Shown: positions 40,691-51,713 of the stretch, piece by piece
Position numbering within the stretch: the stretch's first letter is position 1
Layout of the letters: the number at the start of each line of letters is the position of its first letter
Source of the DNA: Eledone cirrhosa
Lineage: Eukaryota
Direction: 5' to 3'
Length of the DNA stretch: 64,000 nucleotides
Assembly: GCA_964016885.1 (NCBI GenBank)
Contig: OZ024742.1
Coordinates: 90,582,001-90,646,000, forward strand
The notes under the pieces: generated by a model
The model's input: the letters and a program-made list of their open reading frames with translations, nothing else
Told to the model about the DNA's origin: nothing
Databases searched by the model: none
Program-made: the position numbers and the translations under genes

Positions 40691-42099
40691 TTCTTTTTCA
40701 AATTTGTTTAAAAGAAACTTTTTAAAAACACAGCAACAATATAGAATGTTACAGATCTTGTCGTGATTTCAGTGCAACACCAAATACTCTGCAATGGTTC
40801 TTTACATTAAACCTAAGATCTGAATTGTTTATGATTACGGAAAAAAACATCATTTGTGTGAGACGTGTTTGTTGTTGCTATTTATCTCATTCGAGTAAAT
40901 ATTTATGAATGATCAAATCATTGCAATTACGACCATCTTATATTTCTACTTCAGTCATTTATACTCCCTGGATTGAAGTAAAAATGACAAATGACAATAA
41001 TTTGAAATGAAGATGGTTGGCTGTCGATTATTAAACATTGCGAGTTGCGACCGTTTCCTAACAGGCATATTTAAATATCATATTTTCTGAGTAGATATTT
41101 AGGAAGAGCTACACATCACAATAGTGTATAGTCGTAGAGTGGTTTCAGTTTCCATTTATGAAGATAAAATCATTTAATTCATACTTTTATTGTCCCTCAT
41201 AAAATATTGGAGCTAAAATGAAACAAATGTTGTCTGAAACATACTCTTAGCTTTAATGAAGTTTTAAGTGTCTCTAATCTAAATGGGAAGGCCCAATAAT
41301 TCAAAGCATCTCGTCAATAATAGTGCAATCATGGAGTAATTTAGTGAGGTGTATCTCTCCATCTAACGCGGCGAATTGACAGTGTCGTTAGAACGGCGGC
41401 TTAGAATGCTTTGCGGTATACGTTTCGAATCTCTTCTCTCTGAGTTTGTCTTTCATCCTTTCGAAGTCGATAAAAAAAGTACCAGTCTAGTACTGGGTCG
41501 ATTCTTCCTCTATATCTCTTTTTCACTTAAATTCTCTCACTCTCTCTATCCTTCTCTAGAAGAAATCTGCTGTATTCAGACCAGAAGAGGGATCGGCTCT
41601 GCCAGGTTTTAAAAATGCCCTAGAAACGCCGTATGTCAATATGGCGCCCCTACGACTCCTTCAGAAGTTACGGGACCATGTGTGCATGCAACTTATCAAT
41701 TGTATCTCTTTACTTATAACTTGAGTGGTGTTTTAGTGAGATATAATGCAACGAATATGGATCCAGCCTGTCATTTTGAGAATGTGTCCTTTACCATAGA
41801 GTCAAGTCGATTAAAACCTTGTGTGAAATCGGTTTGACCAACATTTTGTGGAATCCAATCGGGTGGACTGTATTTGCAATTCAAATGTTCAACCTTGCCA
41901 GAAAGATTGACACGCTGAATCTCCAGATATTAAGTTATGGCTATAACTGTCTGTGGAATACCCAGTCACTTACTAAGTTGTTCAGTTGATCGAATAATTG
42001 AATTTTCAGCGTCGAAACGCGCGGAGAATCCTTCATTAGTTTACTTCGTACCAAAGTTGACCGTGCCGTTCATTCATCATATAGAGTCAATAAAAAAAA

Positions 42100-42450
42100 A
42101 CAAATCAGGCCTTGACCACGATGACAGCAAGCGCCCCGATGGAATTACCCTCTTCCCATTCGAAGATGGTAGATCCCTCATCTGGGATGCCACATGTTGT
42201 GACACGTTCTCCACCTCCAGCTTAGCCGCACCGGCCACAAACCCTGGCACTGCGGTCCGCAATGCAGAGGAAAGGAAGATAAATAAATACCGGGGATTGT
42301 CCGAGACTTCAGGCGTACTTGGACCCCGTAGTGCCGAGCTCCTCCGCAAGATCAGAACGTCTGAGGATAGAGCCCCGTGAGGTGGGGTGGCTGTTACAGA
42401 GGGTGCCGATGGCCATTATCCGCGAGAATGCTTTGCGGTCTTGTCCGCAG
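42100..42450 (+). mobile_element. CRE-like non-LTR element, restriction-like endonuclease fragment
   Basis: DDSKRPDGITLFPFEDGRSLIWDATCCDT...AEERKINKY...ETSGVLG...LLQRVPMAI. An inverted partial copy lies at 43205-43340. Confidence 0.75.
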
Positions 42451-42900
42451 GGCGCAGCCCCATTACTGCCGCGCCCTGCGCCCAGAACCCCTCCCCCTCC
42501 CCATTCGTTTGTGACACTAAAGCCCGTATCTTTTCCTTCCTTTTCCGTGTTTATATTTTCTTATTTTATATTCCATTTTTCTTCTCATTCTCTCTTTTCT
42601 TTTTCTATTAAATTGTTTTTATTATACAGGTCTTAAAATAAGAAGGACGTGCCTTCCCCTAAAAAAAAAAATGTTTAATGTATTGTTCAAATTATATACG
42701 GAGGTCAATATAATCAACTGTTCACCCTGCCCAAAATTCCGCGGTCATGTGTTTATAGCGGGAATTTTTTCTTCGTTTTATTAATTATTTATAATTATAT
42801 TTTATTTCCTTATTTATTTATAGCTCAAGCGAAATTTACAATCCATCAACTTTTGCATATTTTAAAAAAAGCAAAAACAAAACGGGAAAAGAAAAACATT

Positions 42901-42951
42901 ACTGTCTGATGAAATCACGATATTAATCATTATTGAAATATGTATAATGGC
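42901..42951 (+). ncRNA. Hammerhead, same family as 39495
   Basis: ACTGT-CTGATGA-AATCACGAT ATTA ATCATTATT-GAAATATGTATA-ATGGC. Confidence 0.65.
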
Positions 42952-43977
42952 TCGAGGAATAAAGGACTCATTAACAACTACAACTTCGCATTTTCCTTAT
43001 TCTCTCTCTGTCTGGGGGGTGGGGGGTGGGGACTGCTTACTACACACTCATTCAAAGCTGTATATATCAGCTGCACCTAGCGGACAAAACCATAAACAAA
43101 TTGCTGCAAAGTATAGTCAGTGGCTCCTGCTGCACCAGTCCTTTTAAACCCACGGGCTTTTTAATCAGGTGGGGTGCATTCCTCTTGATTTTGCAGAGGA
43201 TAATTGCAGTTCGGGGACCGAAGACACAAGAGGTCTCAACAACAACTTACAGGGAGAGGAAGCGGTCCGTGAAATCCCGGTATTTATCTATCTTCCTCTT
43301 CCCCGCGTTACGGACGGCGGTGCGCAGGTTTGTGGCCGGCTAAAACTATTATTATACTTGTTGATTGTTGTGTTCATAAGTCAGCAGTTGCTAACACTTC
43401 AGGCTGACTGGTAGGCGGGGATGGTTTTATGTTGTAGTCAAACAATCTAGCTTGTAAAAGGTGGTTGTTTTAATAATCAGCTGGGCGTGTGATAGGGAAA
43501 GGAGGCGTAAAAAGAAAGGAATTACAGAAGTTAGCAATCGATGCCAGATGAGGATGTGGGAGATGAATAATGAAAATATAGTGTGTAGATAAACAGAAAA
43601 AGGAGGAACAGACGAGGGAAATAGAGGAAAAGAAGAAGAAGGAGCGGTTGTGAGCAGGAGGAAGGTAAAGACAATGAGAAGGAGAGAGAAGAATTAGAAA
43701 GCGTTAAATCAAAGAGAGAGAGAGAGAGAGGAAGAGAGTAAAACGAAAAGTAAGGGGATGGTATTTGACAATACAAGAGAAAGGCGTTGAACATGCAGTA
43801 GATATAGAGACTGAGGTGGGGACGGTGTGCTTGAAAGGAAAGAAAGTAGAAATTGGAGGTGGGGAGGAATAAAAGGTGGTAGAAAAGAAAGAGGGTGGAG
43901 ATTATGTTGTGTAATGAGGCGGAGGGGTAGGAGTATTTAAGGGTGGAGAGAGAAAACAATGAGATGTTTGACAAATA

Positions 43978-44160
43978 TAATTCTTTCTACTTTTGGCACA
44001 AGGCCAGCAATTATCCAGTGTATTACTGGCACTTTATTTTATCGACCCCGTAAGGATGAAAGGCAAAGTTAACCTCGGCGGGATTTGAACTCAGACCATA
44101 ACAGGCCGTAACTCTTTGCTTGCAAAGCATGGCGTCCAACCCTCTACCGATACTACCGAC
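43978..44160 (-). mobile_element. Full-length SINE
   Basis: Reverse complement of the 3550 family. Confidence 0.85.
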
Positions 44161-44209
44161 AAATATGATGAGAGAAAGATAACAGTAGTTGAGGTGGCAG
44201 TTCAGCGAC

Positions 44210-45090
44210 GGAGGTGGTAGTTGTGGTGGTAGTTGTGGTGGGGTGGTGCTGGTGCTGGTGGTGTTTGTGGTGGTGGTAGTGGTGGTGTGGTGGAGGTGGT
44301 AGTGGTGGAGGTGGTAGTGGTGCTGGTGCTGGTGGTAGTGGAGGTGGTAGTGGTGGTGGTGGTGGTGTAGTGGTGGTAGTAGTTGTAGTAGTGGTAGTGG
44401 TGGTAGTGGTGGTGGTAGTGGTGGTGTTGGTGGTGGTGGTGGTAGTGTTGGTGGTGGCTGTGGTAGTGGTGGTGGTGGTAGTAGTGGTGGTGGTGGTGCG
44501 GGTGATCATAGTGGTGGTGGTGGTGTTGGTGGTGGTAGTGTTGGTGGTAGCGGTGGTAGTGGTTGTGGTGGTAGTGGTACTGGTGGTGGTACTGGTGGTG
44601 GTCTAGTGGTGGCGGTAGTGGTCGTAGTGGTGGTAGTGGTGCTGGTGCTGGTGGTGGTAGTGTTGGTGGTGGTAGTGGTGGTGGTAGTGGTGGTGGTGCT
44701 GGTGGTGGTAGTGGTGGTAGTGGTGGTGGTAGTGGTGCTGGTGCTGGTAGTGGCGGTGGTTGTCGTGGTGGTGGTGGTGGTATTTTGTGTTGGTGGTGGT
44801 GTTGGTATTGGTGGTAGTGGTGGTAATGGTGGTGCTTTGCTGGTGGTTGTGGTGGTGGTGCTGGTGATAGTGTTTGTGCTGGTAGTGTTGGTGGTGCTGG
44901 CCTCATGGTGGTAGTGTTGGTAGTGGTGGTAGTGGTGGTAGTGGTGGTAATGGTGTTGCTTTGCTGGTGCTGGTGCTAGTGCGGGTAGTGTTGGTGGTGT
45001 TGGTCTAGTGGTGATAGTTTGGGTTGTGGTAGTGGTAGTGTTGGTGTTGGTGCTGGTGGTTGTGGTCGTGGTGGTTTTGGAGGTGGTACC
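44210..45090. repeat. Compound (GGT/AGT/GCT)n low-complexity tract
   Basis: Seen directly in the sequence. Confidence 0.9.
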
Positions 45091-45321
45091 GGCGGTGTTA
45101 GACTAAATGATTAAGTATTCTGTACGGTGTGGCGGCATATATAGGACAAGAAAGAGAGGGATTGTGGAAGAGGGTGTGAAGTAACAATAATGGTGGTAAG
45201 AGAGAGACTCTAGTATTACGTCGACTGTACATGTAAGAGTATGTAAGAGAAAGAATACGCGTGCGTTAATGTGTGTATGTATGGCTATGTGTATCCATGC
45301 ATGAATACATACATACATACA

Positions 45322-45727
45322 TGTTTTCTCTTTCTCTTAACTTCGAGTATATTTTTTTTGACCGGACACCTTCCTGGTGGCAAGGTTGTAAAAGAAAAGA
45401 AATTGTCATCCCTTGAATCGCAAGAATGTTTTGCAAATTTTGAAGGTGCCAGCTATCGCAGCCATTTGTAGACTATGAATTAGGGAGCTGCGCTTTTTGT
45501 CCGCAAATCCAAGTTCAGTCATACTTTGGTCCAAGCGGGTTGGTATATAACCCGTAGCACCAATAATGATGGGTATGAAGCTAAAGGTGTATCTTGGATA
45601 CTGGATTTGTAAACTCCTCATCAATGGTCCGTAGATGCCCTCCTTCTCCTGTATTTTTCTGACAACGTTTACATCAAGTGGGCAGCTGATCTCCACAACA
45701 GAACACGTTTTCAATGTGTGGTCCCAT
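45322..45727 (-). mobile_element. 3' fragment of an RLE-type (R4/NeSL-like) LINE flanked by (CATA)n
   Basis: WD...CSVVEISCPLDVNV..KIQEKEGIYGPL...FIPIIIGATG. Confidence 0.7.
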
Positions 45728-45799
45728 GTATGTATGTATGTATGTATGTATGTATGTATGTATGTATGTATGTATGTATGTATGTATGTATGTATGTAT

Positions 45800-46408
45800 G
45801 TCAGGTCACCACTTGGTGCTACTGGTAACATATATCCCAGTACAACCTGTCTCATGGTCGGGTCGTTGGCGACTAAACTGGCAACCCCACCAAGGTTTCT
45901 TGGTGAGGAGGGTGACTTTGGACATCCTGCAGGACTAAAAACAAAACCTGTCAAAGGGCAAAGGAGCTCTTAAGAGTCAATGGCCATCCAAAATCACTGG
46001 GAGAGATGACCCCTTAGCCTTTGTCAAGGCAGAATTCTAGGAGAAGGAAAACTCTGATATAACACCTGCAACCCTGATGGTATCCAATGATGTTGACTTG
46101 TTCTTCTTTTTGGTAAATATCATCTTGGTTAAGAGAGTGGGACTGGCTTTGTGCAGTGCCTTTGCTCACTATAAAAGCTTCACGGCACAGGCATTGCTTT
46201 GTATCTGGAGATCTCTCTGCACTTGTCGTCACATGGTACCATGGGCCCAGCAATATGTGTCAATAATTGTCACAAGTGCAGTGTTTGTACCCGAGTTTTC
46301 AAGTCACTGGCTGGACTAAAAAGTCACTCGTTCAGCGCATCAGTAGGGCTTCTCCTACATGGATATGAAGTAGTGGCCGTACTCGAAAACGAGTTGGCAG
46401 CCACCATG
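45800..46408 (+). mobile_element. Non-autonomous bipartite RTE derivative (5' UTR plus 3' end) with an (ATGT)n tail
   Basis: RTE-like 5' UTR is joined to [17 protein letters not shown] and a 3' hairpin. Another copy lies at 875-1193. Confidence 0.65.
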
Positions 46409-46466
46409 TATGTATGTATGTATGTATGTATGTATGTATGTATGTATGTATGTATGTATGTATGTA

Positions 46467-47010
46467 CATTAGATCTTGACATCGTAGCTTTATCTGAGTC
46501 GAGGTTAGCTGGAGATGGTCATCTTACAGAATTTTGTGGAGAATATACATTCTTCTGGAAAGGAAGAGATGAAGGAACCAGAAGAGAGGCTGGGGTAGCA
46601 TTTGCTGATAAGACTGCTCTTGTGGATAAATTAGAAGAATTCCCAGTGGGGATTAGTGAGCGTCTTATGTCCATGAGAATTCCGCCGGACAAAGAAAGAT
46701 ATGCGACCCTGGTCAGTGTGTATACTCCAACTATGAATTCTGTCGATGAAGGAAAAGTGTCCTTTTACGTATGTACATACATACTGGGAGTGAAGGGCCC
46801 CTAGCCTTTGCCAGGGTATTTCTCTAGGAGAAGGCAACTCCGCAAACTGGGTTAACTCCGACATAAAACCTGCGGCTCAGTAGTTACCGATGATGTTGAT
46901 CTTTCCTTCTCTTCGGGTTATAGCTACTGTCGCTCAGACAGTGGGATTGGCTCAGTGCACAGTCTCTCCTCACTTTAAAAAAATCTCCACGCACAGGCAT
47001 TGCACGATAG
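46467..47010 (+). mobile_element. RTE APE-endonuclease fragment followed by an RTE 5'-UTR-like fragment
   Basis: LDIVALSESRLAGDG...YTFFWKG...EAGVAFA...ISERLMSMRIP...VSVYTPT. Confidence 0.75.
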
Positions 47011-47471
47011 AATTAATAAATAATTATTAATAACGTTATATTGTGCAATGGCCATACTCGATAACGAGGGAGCAGCGATCATGTATGTATGTATGTATGT
47101 ATGTATGTATGTGGGTAGGTAGGTAGGTAGGTTGGTAGGTAGGTAGGTAGGTAGGTAGGTAGGTAGGTAGGTAGGTATATACGTATGTATGTAGGTAGCT
47201 ACGTACGTACATACCTAAGTGTGTGCCTTTGTTGCGCATGTGTTCATTGTCGTCGCAAATATCTTCTATTCTCATGCATTTACTGTATATTAATGTGTGT
47301 ATCTGTATTGGAGCTAGTGCATATGCGATTATGGGTGTGCGTGTTCCAGGTTTTGTTTTGTATATGTGTAACGTTGTGGTTATTATATGCATAATCGCAT
47401 ACGTACTCGCTCCAATACAGGCACACACATAACTATAGAGCGAATGTATGAGAACAGAAGATATGTATATA

Positions 47472-47528
<57 letters not shown>

Positions 47529-47529
<1 letters not shown>

Positions 47530-47970
47530 TAGCAGAGGTACCCGGCGTTGTTTGGGTATTAAATAGCAGTTGTGTATACCATTTATGTCAATACTTCAGT
47601 GCTACTTCGAAAACTATACTTTTACAAAATCATCGGCTTTTTCCAAAAGAGGGTTCCTGCCCCCAGGGATCTCCTACTCAATTGTGCCAATTCTGAGAGT
47701 TCACATTCATCTGTAGGACAAACGTAGCCCATGTGTCAAGTTTTGTGAAAATCGGTTGCGAACTCCAGAAGTTATGACGTTTGTTGCATTGCACTGCAGT
47801 ACTTCATTCGACTCCAAGGAAGTGGTTAAAGGGGTTTATCTGCCGGGAGGCCCTATAATCAATATCTGTAAAAATGAAAGTGCCCATGACCATCCGGAGT
47901 ACATAAGTAACCTATATCTTAAGTTTGGTGAAAATACTGTAGAAATGCATAAGGTTTATACACGCGCGCG

Positions 47971-48015
<45 letters not shown>

Positions 48016-48016
48016 T

Positions 48017-48064
<48 letters not shown>

Positions 48065-48075
48065 TGTGTGTGTGT

Positions 48076-48120
<45 letters not shown>

Positions 48121-48678
48121 TGTGTGTGTGTTTGTGTGTGTGCGTGGGGGGGGGGTATGTATTTGTGTGTGCGTATGTATGTCCGTCGGGGCATGCGTAT
48201 GTACTGGCCTAAATCTTCACTATTTACTTTTACTATTTTATTTTTCAATGTTATTTACATCATTCTTAAACTCCGGGGCTGGAAATCATTCTGTTATGTT
48301 AAATAGAATATTAGTCTAACGACTCCATTTATACCATTTATAACGACGTATTATCCTCGCCTTTTTTTCCCGTTCATTGCCAGGGAACGTCTTCACGAAC
48401 CAAAATATCGTCTTCCTGTTTTCGTTCCGTTGGAACGTTTCTCGAAATATTGACTTCTGCGTTCACAGATTACTCTCAGTTCAATTTGAATGGGAAATTC
48501 CTGTTTCATCGATTTTCTCCGTAACCATGGAAGCTTGTACCCTAAAAATCGGCCCAATGTATCTTCGGGTCATTCTGCATAGCTGTGTAAATTTTCGCTG
48601 CATTCCACCAAGCCGTTTCGACGTTTATCCGACTACACCTACTTACTTAAATCGACCACTTCCAATTTATATAGTAGA
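47529..48678 (-). mobile_element. Non-autonomous Helitron with an internal (TG)n tract
   Basis: The minus strand begins TCTACTATATAAA and ends with the hairpin ACCCAAACAACGCCGGGT followed by CTAG. It is inserted between A and T in (TA)n. A related partial copy lies at 51230-51583. Confidence 0.7.
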
Positions 48679-48843
48679 TATATATATATATATAAAAGAA
48701 AATTTTCGCTCTACATGACGGAATACAATAAATGTAATCTGAGTTTTTCGAATTTTAATAATAACATTCGATTCGTTTGCAATTATGCAAACAAGCTTCA
48801 ATTTTATAGCCATGTCAGTAGAATGAACCTCTTGTGTTGGCAT

Positions 48844-48909
48844 GTGAACAGAACTGCAGACACTAACGTTTCTGGGTATCACACTTCATCAGTACAGCTC
48901 ACTGTTCAC
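48844..48909 (-). ncRNA. Hammerhead ribozyme with a long stem I
   Basis: GTGAACAG T GAGCTGTA-CTGATGA-A GTG TGATA CCC A-GAAACG TTAG TGT C-TGCAGTT CTGTTCAC. Stem II is weak. Confidence 0.65.
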
Positions 48910-49012
48910 CTGCCAAACTGTCAGAGCTAGTGAACATATATGCTATTTTTAAAAATACACAGTGACTGATCGGCCTGATTTGCATATTAGCAGACTGGCT
49001 GATCAGTCAGAC

Positions 49013-49165
49013 ATCATGCTTTGCAGCATGGAGTTATGTTCCATTCCATTCTGAGTTCAAATCCCGCCGAGGTTAAGTTTGCTTTTCATCCTTACGGGGT
49101 CGATAAAATAAAGCACCAGTAACGTACTGGGGTCGATTTAATCGATTTTCCCCTTCCCCCATAAT
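49013..49165 (+). mobile_element. Partial SINE
   Basis: B-box plus the family core. Confidence 0.8.
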
Positions 49166-49637
49166 TACTGGCCTTATGCCTATACTAATTTATCTTTATA
49201 ACTGAGATATCTGATCTCTAATTCCTAAGAATCCCCTACCAGAACCGTACTTTTAGTAATCTGTGACACATAGGGTGGACTCTACAGCTTGGTTAAGGTA
49301 AGCAGTCGAGGAGATAATAAATTCTGAAATAAAAGCCTGAGGTACTTGAAGTTTTTGGTCTTGTTATTCTATATGTTACACCAATGAAATCTATTCCCAA
49401 GAAGTGGTGCAGTTTTGTGAACGCTATATTCACTAAAAAAAAAAAAATATATATATATATATATATAAAGAATTAGTATATCTAGTAACATATATATACA
49501 CAGATGCATACTTATGCTAGCAAATATATAGGTTTTGTCTTAGTAACTTTGTGTTTCAATGCATGGGGTTGCAGAACAATAATATGAGAGACGTAAAATA
49601 AGAAAATTATAAAATTAACTTATTTACTAAAATTTCA

Positions 49638-49718
49638 CTCCCAACTAATTAGTTTCTGAAAGGGAATAAACATACTTTCCGAAGAAGCGTACAGAAAAGC
49701 CTTTCATCATCAGGGAAG
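49638..49718 (-). ncRNA. Hammerhead ribozyme (unit 1)
   Basis: CTTCC-CTGATGA-TGAAAGG (large loop) CCTTTCA-GAAAC TAATTA GTT-GGGAG. Confidence 0.85.
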
Positions 49719-50161
49719 TCTATTCTCAGTTAAGTTTCCAGGCAATACGTGGGCACAGGGAACTTATACAAAAATAATTCAGTGGATGGAAAAAAGCAAA
49801 GCGTGGACTAAATTCCTAGCCATTGAGAAAATCACTGCCTACTGCGTCGGTGGCAAATTTAAAAGAATCAATCACGTGACATCGAGGTCAATCAGTGGAA
49901 AGTGGTTTGTTAAGAAGACAGCAGCCGGACTGTTACTATAGCAGCAGTTTTGGCCAATTTTTGCTCGACAAATAATTTGGAGATAATTATAAAGAATTAG
50001 TATATCTAGTAACATATATATACACAGATGCATACTTATGCTAGCAAATATATAGGTTTTGTCTTAGTAACTTTGTGGTTCAATGCATGGGGTTGCAGAA
50101 CAATAATATGAGAGACGTAAAATAAGAAAATTATAAAATTAACTTACTTACTAAAATTTCA

Positions 50162-50242
50162 CTCCTAACTAATTAGTTTCTGAAAGGGAATAAACATACT
50201 TTCCGAAGAAGCGTACAGAGAAGCCTTTCGTCATCAGGGAAG
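50162..50242 (-). ncRNA. Hammerhead ribozyme (unit 2)
   Basis: CTTCC-CTGATGA-CGAAAGG...CCTTTCA-GAAAC TAATTA GTT-AGGAG. Confidence 0.75.
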
Positions 50243-50780
50243 TCTATTCTCAGCTAAGTTTCCAGGCAATACGTGGACACAGGGAACTTATACAAAAATA
50301 ATTCAGTGGATGGAAAAAAGCAAAGCGTGGACTAAATTCCTAGCCATTGAGAAAATCACTGCCTACTGCGTCGGTGGCAAATTCAAAAGAATCAATCAGT
50401 GGAAAGTGGTTTGTTAAGAAGACAGCAGCCGGACTGTTACTATAGCAGCAGTGTTAGCCAATTTTTGCTCGACAAATAATTTGGAGATAATTATATGTTA
50501 CTAGATATACTAATTCTTTATAATTATCTCCAAATTATTTGTCGAGCAAAAATTGGCCAAAACTGCTGCTATAGTAACAGTCAATCAATAACAACAAGCA
50601 CATAAACACACACTAGTCACCCATCACACAGCAAACAAAACACTATACACACACGCAAACGCATGCGCAAAGAAGACAAAATAAAATAAACAAACAAGCA
50701 AATAAATAAATAAATATATAGACAGACTGAATAAAAAAATGGCGTAGACATACAACACAACAGGAGGAAAAAAATATAAC

Positions 50781-50826
50781 ACCACTGACGATGTTGCAGA
50801 TGTGCAACGAAATATTTATGTAAATT
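50781..50826 (+). ncRNA. Hammerhead motif lacking a good stem I
   Basis: CTGACGA-T GTTGCA GATG TGCAAC-GAAATAT TT ATGT A. Confidence 0.5.
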
Positions 50827-51026
50827 ATGTAAACTATATATATATGTGTTTGTGTCTATATTGTATCTGTATTATTTTTGACCGTCGGTCAGTCAATGGC
50901 AACATTGAGGACCGAGTAAGTTAGATCGCAGATATAAAAGACAGCGAGAAGCGAAAACCAACCAAACAGTGTGTGTTCTGTTATTAATTCTGGCAATATT
51001 ACGCAAATATGACCCTCCCCAAGTAT

Positions 51027-51178
<152 letters not shown>

Positions 51179-51676
51179 ATAATAATAAATTTGAAGACTA
51201 AAATCCAAATAGGGCTCCACATATGACTTATTATCTTCGTTTTTTTCCGTTCATTGCCAGAGAACGTCTCTATGAACCACCTAATAGAATATTAGTCTAC
51301 GACTTCTTTTATACCATAAACGTGGTTTTGTCTTTGCGTGTAATTGTTTTTCACCGCTCCAAATAATTACGTATATTCGTTTCATCCCGTTCTTTGCAAC
51401 GTTTTTTGAAATATTCACCTCTGCGTTCACAGATTGACTTTGTTAGTTTCAGAAGATCCCATTAAGGGATATATAAAATATATATAACATATGTAGATTC
51501 GCGAGTTGTGTCGGGGTGTAACCGCAGTTAAAAATATGTACTCAGTACGTTGGTAGAGTATAGGCATCTTTATTATATATAGAAATGACTTCTACATGAC
51601 TAGAAGTGTTTCATTCGTTTTCATACGAATGAATCAGTTCTAGTCCTGTAGAAGCCATTTGTATATATATATATAT

Positions 51677-51678
<2 letters not shown>

Positions 51679-51713
<35 letters not shown>

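Larger units (their letters stand above)
49466..50582 (-). mobile_element. Retrozyme-like tandem of a 524-bp non-coding unit with one hammerhead per unit, plus an 88-bp inverted segment
   Basis: Units at 49466-49990 and 49991-50494. 50495-50582 is an inverted copy of the unit junction. Confidence 0.8.

Noticed and set aside
44153-44914. Pro/His/Thr-rich extensin- or mucin-like ORFs
   Set aside because: They come from a trinucleotide low-complexity tract that is open in several frames and has no unique sequence.
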